64,000 nt of DNA from Alphaproteobacteria bacterium (lineage in GTDB: Bacteria > Pseudomonadota > Alphaproteobacteria > Rs-D84), in the NCBI GenBank assembly GCA_015062445.1, contig SUUQ01000002.1, positions 23,051 through 87,050 on the forward strand, in the 5' to 3' direction. The notes beneath the pieces are model-generated. The model did no database searches, was not told where the DNA came from, and saw only the letters and a program-made list of their open reading frames with translations. Made by a program: the position numbers and the translations under genes. Positions 38,805-47,866 of this stretch are shown one piece after another. Every line of letters starts with the position of its first letter. The stretch's first letter is position 1.

Positions 38805-39398
38805 TTATTTTTTCTTTGGGGGCGTAAATTGATACGCCTGCTTGCAGTGTTCATAGCAATATGGTTTACCCACAAAAACCGTTTCACCACAGAAATGGAA
38901 ATGTTCTGAATCTGGATCGCCGATTGGCCATCTGCATTGATTCGGCTTCAGATTTGCCATTTCCAGCGAGTGTTGCACGATACGCTGGTGCGCTGCCAAT
39001 GCCTTGGCACTGGTTTTTGACACTGCTGGTTTAGGTTCCGTTTTTTTTACATCTGCAACCTTTGCTGTCGCAGATTTTTCTGTTTTTACTTTTTTTTCTG
39101 TCTGCTTTCCCCCAGCTTTTGCCACTGATTTTTTCTCGGTCATAACCTTTGCGACAGCTTTTTTATCTTTTCCTGACTTGCTGCCGGTTGCCGACTTTTT
39201 AGTTGCCACTTTGGCATCTTTTTCTGTGTTTTCCGCTGGCGCACCACCGGCTTTGGCATTCCAGCCCAAACGATTCAGTTTCCCAACGATTGCATTTTTT
39301 GACATTCCCAACCGCTTACCGATTTCGGACGTAGACAACCCCTTGCCAGTTAATGCCTTTAATTTTTTCAGTGCGATATTATCCCAACCTTTGCTCAT
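38805..39398 (-). CDS. gcrA: cell-cycle regulator GcrA
   Basis: N-terminal helix-turn-helix (LTGKGLSTSEIGKRLGMSKNAIVGKLNRLGW), lysine-rich linker, conserved C-terminal CRWPIGDP...FCG...GKPYC. Confidence 0.88.
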   Translation of the reverse strand: MSKGWDNIALKKLKALTGKGLSTSEIGKRLGMSKNAIVGKLNRLGWNAKAGGAPAENTEKDAKVATKKSATGSKSGKDKKAVAKVMTEKKSVAKAGGKQTEKKVKTEKSATAKVADVKKTEPKPAVSKTSAKALAAHQRIVQHSLEMANLKPNQCRWPIGDPDSEHFHFCGETVFVGKPYCYEHCKQAYQFTPPKKK

Positions 39399-39471
39399 TT
39401 TACAAAACCCTTGTTATACTTTATAATATCAGCATAGCACAGTTCCGATTCGAAAGGCAAGGAAGAAAAAT

Positions 39472-39942
39472 ATGAATTCATACATCTTTTTTACAATTTT
39501 ACTGGCGATTGCAGCATATTTATCGATCTGCATATCGATATCTGATTTTCGCCATCGCATTATCCCAGACATATACCTGTTTCCACTGATGTTAATTGGA
39601 TTAATACTGACCGGATACTATTCATACCCGATTGACATATACACTGGGATAATTGGTGGCACATTTGGATACCTGGTATCATTGGTTATGGGCATCATAT
39701 TTACCCAGATACACCGTCGCAGCACCACAGACACCCCCGCACCAATTGGCATGGGCGACATCAAGTTGATTGGTGTTGGCGGAATGTGGCTGGGGGTATT
39801 TGGTCTGTCATTGGCATTAATTATTGCATGCATATTTGGCACGATATGGGCCCGTATTCAGGGCCAACGTTATGTACCATTTGCACCATTCTTTTTATTT
39901 GGTGGATTTTTATCTTTAATTGGCATGCTGTTTTTGATATAA
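39472..39942 (+). CDS. cpaA: A24-family prepilin peptidase (CpaA/TadV-like); no pilus genes follow it
   Basis: 156 aa polytopic protein with the two catalytic Asp regions (IIPDIYLFPL ... GMGDIKLIGVGGMWLG). Confidence 0.75.
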   Translation: MNSYIFFTILLAIAAYLSICISISDFRHRIIPDIYLFPLMLIGLILTGYYSYPIDIYTGIIGGTFGYLVSLVMGIIFTQIHRRSTTDTPAPIGMGDIKLIGVGGMWLGVFGLSLALIIACIFGTIWARIQGQRYVPFAPFFLFGGFLSLIGMLFLI

Positions 39943-39963
39943 TACGCATACAGGGACCTGGAT

Positions 39964-40875
39964 ATGAGAGTTAAATTATCAACATTGCTATGCACATTTT
40001 TTGCCCAATTATCGATATTCTGTGGGCTGTCATACGGTTCAGACACACCATTTTCCAAGTACGGCACAATCCAGAACGTCCAGAATTATTCATCAAATCC
40101 GTTTTGGTCACCAAACGCACCGTACAATCAGCGTATGCCAACTGCCGTCTATGCAACGGGTCCAGACGTTGAAACATCTGAATGCCAGCGAATTGTATCA
40201 TCATTAATAACAACAACCTGTGCGATGCAGAACAATTGTATTGAACTGCAGTTATCTGACATTCGTCCCACAATAATGCTACAGTTATCTCGCATGCCTG
40301 GGGGCAATTATGCAACGGCCTGTCTGGGGTATATTGAACCGACATTTAATGAATACATTGAACAATTCAGCATTGCTGTACCCACGGGTGTCACGGCCTT
40401 TCCGACTGGTTCTGTACCAAATCCCAGTGCCACAGAATCTGAATACCAGATTCAAAACCCATATGAAATTCAGTTGATGGATTGGCAAACTGACGTCATT
40501 GAACGCAAACTGGAACTGCAACAACTGCAATCAATGAATGGGGCAGGGAACGAACATATTGAACGTGCGTCATTTCCCACAACATACGCAGATTTATCAT
40601 TCAGCGAACGCATGGCAAACTCTGCGGCTGGCTATGAACCATACCGGGATAAAAGTGCATATAAACCAATTGAAATTGAATCCCAGGAAGAATACCTGAA
40701 CCGCCAGCAGACATTATCCAACTACAACGCAACAGGCAAAGGCACAAAAAACACCAATTCGGATTTATGCAAAAAAAATCCAAATCACCCAGATTGCAAG
40801 GCAGAAACACCAAAACCACAACTGGTTGAAAATGAACTGCCCACGGTCAAAGACGAAATCTTATTCATACTATAG
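39964..40875 (+). CDS. hypothetical Sec-secreted protein 1 of a four-gene secreted-protein operon (303 aa)
   Basis: Signal peptide MRVKLSTLLCTFFAQLSIFCGLSYG; 22 nt after cpaA; no family recognised. Confidence 0.6.
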   Translation: MRVKLSTLLCTFFAQLSIFCGLSYGSDTPFSKYGTIQNVQNYSSNPFWSPNAPYNQRMPTAVYATGPDVETSECQRIVSSLITTTCAMQNNCIELQLSDIRPTIMLQLSRMPGGNYATACLGYIEPTFNEYIEQFSIAVPTGVTAFPTGSVPNPSATESEYQIQNPYEIQLMDWQTDVIERKLELQQLQSMNGAGNEHIERASFPTTYADLSFSERMANSAAGYEPYRDKSAYKPIEIESQEEYLNRQQTLSNYNATGKGTKNTNSDLCKKNPNHPDCKAETPKPQLVENELPTVKDEILFIL

Positions 40876-40887
40876 GAACACGGTACA

Positions 40888-41901
40888 ATGAAACGCCTGG
40901 CAATATTTTTATCAACATTCATCACATTACATTGTGCAAATGCAGATTTGCTGACTGACTGTATGACAAAAATATCAAACGACCCAAATTTCAGCAACAC
41001 AATGACATCAGAAATATTTCCAAATGCTTCTGAATTATCTCAAGAATACGCAACTCAACGCAAAAATAAAATTATGGGCCTAATTGCTAGCGAGTTTATT
41101 ATACACTGTATGGAAAATATAGACACACACGTAAAGTGTGCAAATGGCAAGGTTTGGTACACCCGGGACGGAAAAACATACGCATTTCAATTTAAAATGC
41201 CTGAATTGTTTCAATATACAGATATACCCGTTGGAATAATGATATATAACAAAACCAATCTTAATATTGGTGAAGTAATAACACTTTCTGATATACCTAA
41301 ATTATATTGGCCAACAGAATGTTCCGACCATGTGATTTGGGATAACCTGAACAATAAAGCCGCCGTCAACGTTGCCGGTCAAAAAGTATTTTCTCAATAC
41401 GGCGGTTCCGACAACGAATTCTTCCTAGACTTTGAAGAGGGCAATAATCGAAGGGCTTTCCCGGGATTGGTTCTTATGGACAAAACATCCTCATCATCCG
41501 AAGCAATTGTTTCGTTTACAAATTTTTACACAGCCGTTAATTCAGCTGAACAGTTTGCAACAGCTCTCAACGGCACTTCTTGCTCAAACGATAACCTTGC
41601 TGTTTATGTAGTTGGACTAGATGTAAAACCATTGTCAACCAAAGACAAAACCGGCTGGGGAATAGTTGCCAGTGTAGTAGGAGGATCAGCTGCAGTTGTT
41701 GGCGTAAGTTCCGCATTGGCCGCTGCTGGTGCCACCAGTGGACTTTTGACAGCTGCAGCAGTCAGTGGCACCGTACCCGTAGTTGGCTGGATCGTCGCCG
41801 GTGTATTGGGGGCTACTGCTACGGTAATCTCACTTGTTCCGACAGAAATAAGAGACATTCAACAAGTCATGGTTCTTGACGGTCCATACATCATCAAATA
41901 A
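40888..41901 (+). CDS. hypothetical Sec-secreted protein 2 with a C-terminal glycine-zipper hydrophobic region (337 aa)
   Basis: Signal peptide MKRLAIFLSTFITLHCANA; about 60-aa G/A/S/V-rich segment (GWGIVASVVGGSAAVVGVSSALAAAGATSGLLTAAAVSGTVPVVGWIVAGVLGATATVISLV) with repeated small-xxx-small patterns. Confidence 0.6.
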   Translation: MKRLAIFLSTFITLHCANADLLTDCMTKISNDPNFSNTMTSEIFPNASELSQEYATQRKNKIMGLIASEFIIHCMENIDTHVKCANGKVWYTRDGKTYAFQFKMPELFQYTDIPVGIMIYNKTNLNIGEVITLSDIPKLYWPTECSDHVIWDNLNNKAAVNVAGQKVFSQYGGSDNEFFLDFEEGNNRRAFPGLVLMDKTSSSSEAIVSFTNFYTAVNSAEQFATALNGTSCSNDNLAVYVVGLDVKPLSTKDKTGWGIVASVVGGSAAVVGVSSALAAAGATSGLLTAAAVSGTVPVVGWIVAGVLGATATVISLVPTEIRDIQQVMVLDGPYIIK

Positions 41902-41908
41902 ATACAAA

Positions 41909-43543
41909 ATGAGATATTTTTTCATCTTGTTTTCAATGTTTTGCATTTCTGCCCATGCGGCGGAAACACCGTGTGCATCGGGGGTATTTTCTGATGCACT
42001 GGCGGCAAATTCTGGGGCAATATCTGAATCTGATTCAGAATCAACGGTCCAGGAATGGGTTCGCCAAACTTTTGCAACAAAAGACACATTAGAACGTGTT
42101 CTGGCATGCCCAGAAATTGCCAACACCGCACCAACACAACCAATTATATTTTCGCCAATCACATACACATTCCCGGGCGGTCGCAACATCACTGTAAATT
42201 ATGAAACGGTGCCAAAATTACTGCAACAACGTATGGCGCTGACCACAAAACAGACCACCCCCGCCAGTCCCAAAATCGGCGAATCCAATGACGGAACCAT
42301 TTGGACAAACACAGACCCGGCCTGGTACGGAATTATGGTTGTCGAACATGGTTCATTATCCGAATTTGTTGGCCCAGACAAGAACAATACCATTTCGTTG
42401 GAATACATTCGGGACAACATTGACACCCTGTATCCTCGTGGTGGCACATGCACCAATCGCACTGCATTGGCAAACGACAACTATGCGATAAACCGTGCCG
42501 TTGCACAAACTGTTAACCTGGACGACGACACAAACGATTACTACGTTGCCGGCGATCGGAATTTGGAATGGATTGGCTATACAGAAATTGCACTGGACGT
42601 TATATTAACGGTTGCGACCATGGGCGGATACACCGCCGTCCTGGGTGCGACCAAGGCCGCCCGTGCATCACGTGCACTGCGTGGTCTGGGGTCAACAATC
42701 AAAACATTGTCCAAAACAGACGATGTTGTTAAATATGTCCGTGCCACCCAGGATGCTGCCCGCCTGACCAAAGAAATTGACGCACTGGACAAAGTCGCCG
42801 ATGCCACAAAAATCGCAGACAAAACTGCCGAGTTAAACCGAATTAATGACAGCATTCGCACCCTGGAATCAACCGATGATGTAAAAAAGTATCGTGATGC
42901 CACAAAAACGTATTCTGACCTGAACAAATATCGTCACAGTTTACGTGGCATGCGCATTGCCCACCGTGGCAATGTCATTGCACGTGCGGCCCGTGCAGCC
43001 CGTGCAACAAAATCCGCCATGACTGGCAACAGTTTAATAAAACACGCACGCAAACTGGGCCGTTCCAGCAGTTTTTCAAACCGCGTACGTGATTGGCTGT
43101 TTGATTCAACACTTCGCAATGCCGGGACGGTTGCCAAGGTTGGGGCAGGGACCAGCTTGGCATATGCCATAATAAAATTCGGCGGCGACCTGTATGATTT
43201 TACCGAAACCACCACAGACGAATACACCAGTGGCATTGACTTTGCCCCATTATTATTACTGTCTGCAGACGACCTTAGTGGCAGTGAAAATGTTGTAAAC
43301 TATGGCATGTGGCTGATGTGGATGGGCGATTCCACCAATCCGGCCGATGACGATGCCGCATATCTGCAGGCGATGGATTTTGCCGCCAAATTTCACCAGG
43401 ATTTAAATGAAATTCAAAACGGTCAAAGCACACCGTGCAACGTTGATATATTTGTTGTCCGCCCTGTTTTACAGAACCCCGGGACAGACAACAGCGCACT
43501 GTATTATTTGATAATGAACGACACCCCATGGACAACGAATTAA
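41909..43543 (+). CDS. hypothetical Sec-secreted protein 3 (544 aa) with an internal tandem roughly 36-aa repeat
   Basis: Signal peptide MRYFFILFSMFCISAHA; repeat TLSKTDDVVKYVRATQDAARL / TLESTDDVKKYRDATKTYSDL; the ATG at 41909 is 8 nt after the upstream stop. Confidence 0.6.
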   Translation: MRYFFILFSMFCISAHAAETPCASGVFSDALAANSGAISESDSESTVQEWVRQTFATKDTLERVLACPEIANTAPTQPIIFSPITYTFPGGRNITVNYETVPKLLQQRMALTTKQTTPASPKIGESNDGTIWTNTDPAWYGIMVVEHGSLSEFVGPDKNNTISLEYIRDNIDTLYPRGGTCTNRTALANDNYAINRAVAQTVNLDDDTNDYYVAGDRNLEWIGYTEIALDVILTVATMGGYTAVLGATKAARASRALRGLGSTIKTLSKTDDVVKYVRATQDAARLTKEIDALDKVADATKIADKTAELNRINDSIRTLESTDDVKKYRDATKTYSDLNKYRHSLRGMRIAHRGNVIARAARAARATKSAMTGNSLIKHARKLGRSSSFSNRVRDWLFDSTLRNAGTVAKVGAGTSLAYAIIKFGGDLYDFTETTTDEYTSGIDFAPLLLLSADDLSGSENVVNYGMWLMWMGDSTNPADDDAAYLQAMDFAAKFHQDLNEIQNGQSTPCNVDIFVVRPVLQNPGTDNSALYYLIMNDTPWTTN

Positions 43544-43607
43544 ATTCTCATTGTCAAAGTCAAAAATATTATTTATAATACAGACAACGAAAACAGGGGG
43601 ACAAGAA

Positions 43608-43925
43608 ATGAGAAAAATATTTTCAGCACTAATAATCCTTGCGACCTGCATCTGCACTGCAAATGCATACCAGGTATTATCATCCAAAGAACTGGGCCGG
43701 AACGAGGCAAAAAATCAAAACGTCACCGTTAAATGTACCACCGACACGGGCAAAGTATCGAATCAGACATGTACACTTCGCCGTTATGCAAAATGTACTG
43801 GCAATGGCACGGCCAAGAAATGCAACGGCTGGCAACCATGGCGTGATTTACGCAATCCATCCCAGCAGTTTTCAGATTGGAAATCCGCGGCTTCTGCATG
43901 CTGTCGTGCCAAAGGGCTGCGATAA
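43608..43925 (+). CDS. small Cys-rich Sec-secreted protein 4 (105 aa)
   Basis: Signal peptide MRKIFSALIILATCICTANA; 8 Cys in the mature part; GGGGG ribosome-binding site. Confidence 0.55.
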   Translation: MRKIFSALIILATCICTANAYQVLSSKELGRNEAKNQNVTVKCTTDTGKVSNQTCTLRRYAKCTGNGTAKKCNGWQPWRDLRNPSQQFSDWKSAASACCRAKGLR

Positions 43926-43945
43926 GACAATAAAATTACGACAAA

Positions 43946-43972
43946 AACACCCGCCAAACGGCGGGTTAAATT
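43946..43972. terminator. terminator hairpin between the secreted operon and the tRNA block
   Basis: acccgccaaacggcgggtt followed by a T-run. Confidence 0.55.
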
Positions 43973-43973
43973 T

Positions 43974-44050
43974 TGGTGGATGTGATTGGACTCGAACCAA
44001 CGACCTCTTCGATGTGAACGAAGCGCTCTAACCAACTGAGCTACACATCC
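43974..44050 (-). tRNA. tRNA-Val (anticodon CAC)
   Basis: Reverse complement folds as GGATGTG..CACATCC acceptor, anticodon stem CTTCG/CGAAG with loop TTCACAT, T-arm GTTGG-TTCGAGT-CCAAT, CCA encoded. Confidence 0.85.
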
Positions 44051-44116
44051 ATTTATAAAAAAATCGCCCAAACACTGGCGAATTGTGGCTTGCCACACGA
44101 AGCCTTTGGCGAAGTG

Positions 44117-44203
44117 TGGTGGGGATAGTGGGACTTGAACCCACACGGTCGCAATGACCAAAGGATTTTAAGTCCTCAGCGTCTACCATTCCGCCATATC
44201 CCC
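44117..44203 (-). tRNA. tRNA-Leu (anticodon TAA), type II
   Basis: Acceptor GGGGATA/TATCCCC, anticodon loop CTTAAAA, long variable arm, T-arm GTGGG-TTCAAGT-CCCAC, CCA encoded. Confidence 0.85.
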
Positions 44204-44223
44204 TGGGACCCAACAACAACTAT

Positions 44224-44299
44224 TGGTGGAGCTGATGGGACTCAAACCCACGACCTCTACGATGCGAACGTAGCGCTCTATCAGCTGAGCTACAACCCC
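44224..44299 (-). tRNA. tRNA-Ala (anticodon CGC)
   Basis: Acceptor GGGGTTG/CAGCTCC with the G3:U70 Ala identity pair, anticodon loop TTCGCAT, discriminator A, CCA encoded. Confidence 0.85.
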
Positions 44300-44308
44300 A
44301 ATAAAAAA

Positions 44309-44395
44309 TGGTGCGGATAAGAAGACTCGAACTTCCATGGTATTGCTACCACTAGTACCTGAAACTAGCGCGTCTACCAATTCCGCCATATCCGC
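44309..44395 (-). tRNA. tRNA-Leu (anticodon CAG), type II
   Basis: Acceptor GCGGATA/TATCCGC, anticodon stem CTAGT/ACTAG with loop TTCAGGT, long variable arm, CCA encoded. Confidence 0.85.
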
Positions 44396-44462
44396 AGGCG
44401 ACAACTATACTATATCAATTTTAGAATCTTTGCAACAAGAAAAAACAAAAATATTTATTTTT

Positions 44463-45041
44463 TCAGTCATTCAGCGCTTCTTCCAGTTCCCGATCTGGCA
44501 AAACCCACATTATTGCAATTGCAACATATATGACTACGGCCGCATACGGTGCCACAAAAGACAGCGCAATCGCAACCATCAGCGCCAATATCGATACCCG
44601 TTCCCGCAAACCTTGTCGCAATGTCCGCACAATCAGTGCATTCCCGTGATGCGCCCGAAACAGCACATGTTCCAGCAATCTGTATGACAAAATCACCATC
44701 AGCAACACCCCACCATATGTTGCCACTGGCACAGGCGCAACCTGATTTTCATCAACCCACGCAGTCACAAACGGAATCAACGTCAACCAAAACAAGAAAT
44801 TCAAATTTGCCCATAAAATTCCGCTGTTTACCCGCCTGGTTGCCGCCAGCAAATAATGATGATTAATCCAGAAAATTCCGCCATAAACGAAACTCAGCAC
44901 ATATGTCAACAGCATTGGCATCATCTCGCCAAACACACCCCACGATATCTGCCCAATTGGCACCCGCAATTCCAGCACCATGATTGTAATCATCACAGAA
45001 AACAATCCATCACTGAACGCCGCCAGTCTTTCCGTATTCAT
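44463..45041 (-). CDS. TMEM175/DUF1211-family membrane protein (putative K+ channel)
   Basis: N-terminal RLAAFSDGLFSVMITIMVLEL signature of DUF1211; six predicted transmembrane segments. Confidence 0.75.
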   Translation of the reverse strand: MNTERLAAFSDGLFSVMITIMVLELRVPIGQISWGVFGEMMPMLLTYVLSFVYGGIFWINHHYLLAATRRVNSGILWANLNFLFWLTLIPFVTAWVDENQVAPVPVATYGGVLLMVILSYRLLEHVLFRAHHGNALIVRTLRQGLRERVSILALMVAIALSFVAPYAAVVIYVAIAIMWVLPDRELEEALND

Positions 45042-45173
45042 TTTTCATTCCCGATTGTTATTTTTTTATAATGCCCAATTTGAACCGGCAACGCACCAGG
45101 TATAAAATCGCACTTTACTTTTGATTATTCACTTGCGTAAAAAATTATAAATTTGCTAGACTTGAAACCAGAG

Positions 45174-47816
45174 ATGAAGAAACTTCTATTTTTATTTGCA
45201 AACCTGCTGTTTTGCATCGGTTTTTCCGATGCGGCTGTTCGTGATGGCACGGCCATTTCACGCAACAACAGCACACAAACTCGCACTGCAACAACCGCCG
45301 TACGTTCTGCCAAGCCACGCACAACAATACTTTCTTCACGTGATTCTGCCACCACTACTTCATCCCGCTCTGGCACCAATACAACCGTCGTAAACAGAAC
45401 TGCAAGATCCACTGCAACAAACCGCACCAGACCTGCACGCAACACCGAACGCAATGCTGTTGCCCGCAGCACCACAACCACCACCCCTGCAATTGATATA
45501 TCCAACACCCGCACTGGTGCTGAATACGAACGTTGCAAGAACACATATTTTTCATGCATGGATCAGTTTTGCACACTAAAGAACGACGATTATCGTCGCT
45601 GTTCATGCAACGACCGTGTATTCAAACTGACCGAGGTTCGCAAGGTATTACAGGATGCCGGCGAACAATTAACCGTATTCACCGAAAACCTGGACACAGT
45701 CGGCATGACTGCCGCCCAGGCAGCCGCCATGCGTCAAGAAACCGAGGGGGAAAAAGCATTCACCGATGACAATTCTGCATCCAAGGCCCTGCTGAACGCC
45801 ATCATGAATTCGATTCGTGGCCAAGACAGTTCCGTTGGCGGCAAATATGCCGATTTGAACAGCATAAACATCGCCTTTGATACAGTAAATGCGTTTGGCA
45901 TGACAGATGTTGGCCAGGCCATTGCGGCCTATAACGGTAACGCATTGTATAATGCCGTCTATCCCCAGTGTCGCCAAGCCGTACGTGCCGATTGCAATGA
46001 CGCATCACTTCAACGTGCAATTACGGCATACCTGATGGCAATTGAACAAGACTGCAATACTGTACAAACTGCAATTGAAAACACCCAGAAACAATTAAAA
46101 TCCGCCATTCGTGAAGGCGGGGCAATGCTGGATTTGGCACGCATTGAAAACCGGCAAAAACATAACACATCCGACATACCAACCTGTATTAACGAAGTCG
46201 AAGCCGCCATCACCAGTGAAGAAGTTTGTGGTGCCAATTATCACAAATGTTTGGACAATGGTGAATTTATTGACATTTCTACGGGTGCACCAATTACTGG
46301 CGTTGAAAACTTTTATCAACTGGAAGAAATGTTAACTTTCAGCGACGGTATCGAAGCGGTCGATCAAAAGTTATCTAAAAACCCCAGCAATCGAACATTT
46401 GTATTTAATTTTGAAAAACGCGTCAAAAAATTTGCAGAACCTGCACTGGACAAATGCGTTGAAAATGCAGACTTGGTATGGTCTGAATACCTGGACAAGG
46501 CAATGTTATCAATATTCTATGCCCAAAAAGACAAGGTTGCCCAGATAAAGCAGGGCTGTTTTGACTATATTTCTGCCTGTTATATAAACAGCGACACAGC
46601 AATTACCGCAGCCATGGCAGGATTAAGTTCAGAAACTGCGGTTGTTTTGCAACCAGACAAAATTAAACTGAACGCCAAAATGTGTCAAGAATATGTAAAC
46701 TCGTGCGACAATATGTTTGCTGGCAACATAATTGCCGATTATATAAACAACCAAACCCAGACCGACACATTAACAGCATGTCGTGCCGCAGTAAAACAGT
46801 GCTTTGACAAGTACGGTGGCACAAATTATGAAAACTTTTATTATCCCTACAGTGGTTTGTTCGAACCCGGCTATGCACCAGATTGGTTCACATTATACGA
46901 CACAACAGAAAACAAAGAACGCTTGAAAAATGGCACGACATACGTATCCCGTTGTGCCGAGCAACTGACCAAGATTCCGGCCTGCAACAACACACAAATG
47001 ATTGAATCTGCATTTGGCGGGATGGATTATTATGCAACAAACACATACGGCATATCCGGCAAAGGCGCCAGAAACACCCGTGCCACAGGTGTTGCCACAG
47101 AAATATATAACCAGGTTTTATCGCAATTGGCGACACAATGCATGAACCTGCAGGGCCGCTTTGTTGAATACCAACACATTCAAACCAGCAAATACGATCC
47201 AACAGATTTCTGTAAATCAACATTTGATAAATCATTTGAATACAACCCACCGGGCACACCTGATTCTATATATAACCTGTACAGCATTGGTGCGGGCGAA
47301 GATATGTGTCCACGCGATTACAGATTACAGGTCGACACCCAATCATGGGGTGCATGTTTATGTTGGGAAAATGGTGCCCGCCGCAGCAAATGGGGACAAT
47401 CTGCAAAATGTGTAACAGGGCTGCCAGTTATGAAAAACCCGCTACACATCCAAATGAAAAACGACAAAAACGAAGACATCTGCACCAACACCAAGGGCGA
47501 ACAGGGTGTATGCGGAACGGTAAATGCTGCTAATGAAAAATACGAAACACCAGTATTGATTTTACAATTTGCAGACGACACCGAATGCAATTCTGCAAAC
47601 ATGGATGTTGCCCAACATGAAGACAACACAGAAACAACTGATATCAACGAAGCAGTTGGTCCAAACTATAACATACGCGCATGGTGCACACAAACATGGG
47701 TAACCAAGCAAAACCAGGTCTGTCCACTGGGCACAACATCTATCACAGACCCCAAAAACAGCAAGGTATACTGTATGAAAGGCGAAGTCCAGGTTAAGCA
47801 TATTCCTGGAATTTAA
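45174..47816 (+). CDS. large (about 880 aa) Sec-secreted Cys-containing protein with an N-terminal Thr/Arg/Ser-rich low-complexity region; the ORF is also open from a TTG at 45153
   Basis: Signal peptide MKKLLFLFANLLFCIGFSDA; low-complexity TTAVRSAKPRTT...TTTTTPA; more than 40 Cys spaced through a long non-repetitive domain; no family recognised. Confidence 0.65.
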   Translation: MKKLLFLFANLLFCIGFSDAAVRDGTAISRNNSTQTRTATTAVRSAKPRTTILSSRDSATTTSSRSGTNTTVVNRTARSTATNRTRPARNTERNAVARSTTTTTPAIDISNTRTGAEYERCKNTYFSCMDQFCTLKNDDYRRCSCNDRVFKLTEVRKVLQDAGEQLTVFTENLDTVGMTAAQAAAMRQETEGEKAFTDDNSASKALLNAIMNSIRGQDSSVGGKYADLNSINIAFDTVNAFGMTDVGQAIAAYNGNALYNAVYPQCRQAVRADCNDASLQRAITAYLMAIEQDCNTVQTAIENTQKQLKSAIREGGAMLDLARIENRQKHNTSDIPTCINEVEAAITSEEVCGANYHKCLDNGEFIDISTGAPITGVENFYQLEEMLTFSDGIEAVDQKLSKNPSNRTFVFNFEKRVKKFAEPALDKCVENADLVWSEYLDKAMLSIFYAQKDKVAQIKQGCFDYISACYINSDTAITAAMAGLSSETAVVLQPDKIKLNAKMCQEYVNSCDNMFAGNIIADYINNQTQTDTLTACRAAVKQCFDKYGGTNYENFYYPYSGLFEPGYAPDWFTLYDTTENKERLKNGTTYVSRCAEQLTKIPACNNTQMIESAFGGMDYYATNTYGISGKGARNTRATGVATEIYNQVLSQLATQCMNLQGRFVEYQHIQTSKYDPTDFCKSTFDKSFEYNPPGTPDSIYNLYSIGAGEDMCPRDYRLQVDTQSWGACLCWENGARRSKWGQSAKCVTGLPVMKNPLHIQMKNDKNEDICTNTKGEQGVCGTVNAANEKYETPVLILQFADDTECNSANMDVAQHEDNTETTDINEAVGPNYNIRAWCTQTWVTKQNQVCPLGTTSITDPKNSKVYCMKGEVQVKHIPGI

Positions 47817-47842
47817 AACGGTTTCAACAGCGCACAAAAAAA

Positions 47843-47866
47843 ACGCCAAATTTTGGCGTTTTTTTT
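47843..47866. terminator. bidirectional terminator between convergent genes
   Basis: Hairpin aaacgccaaaatttggcgttt with T-runs on both sides. Confidence 0.6.
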
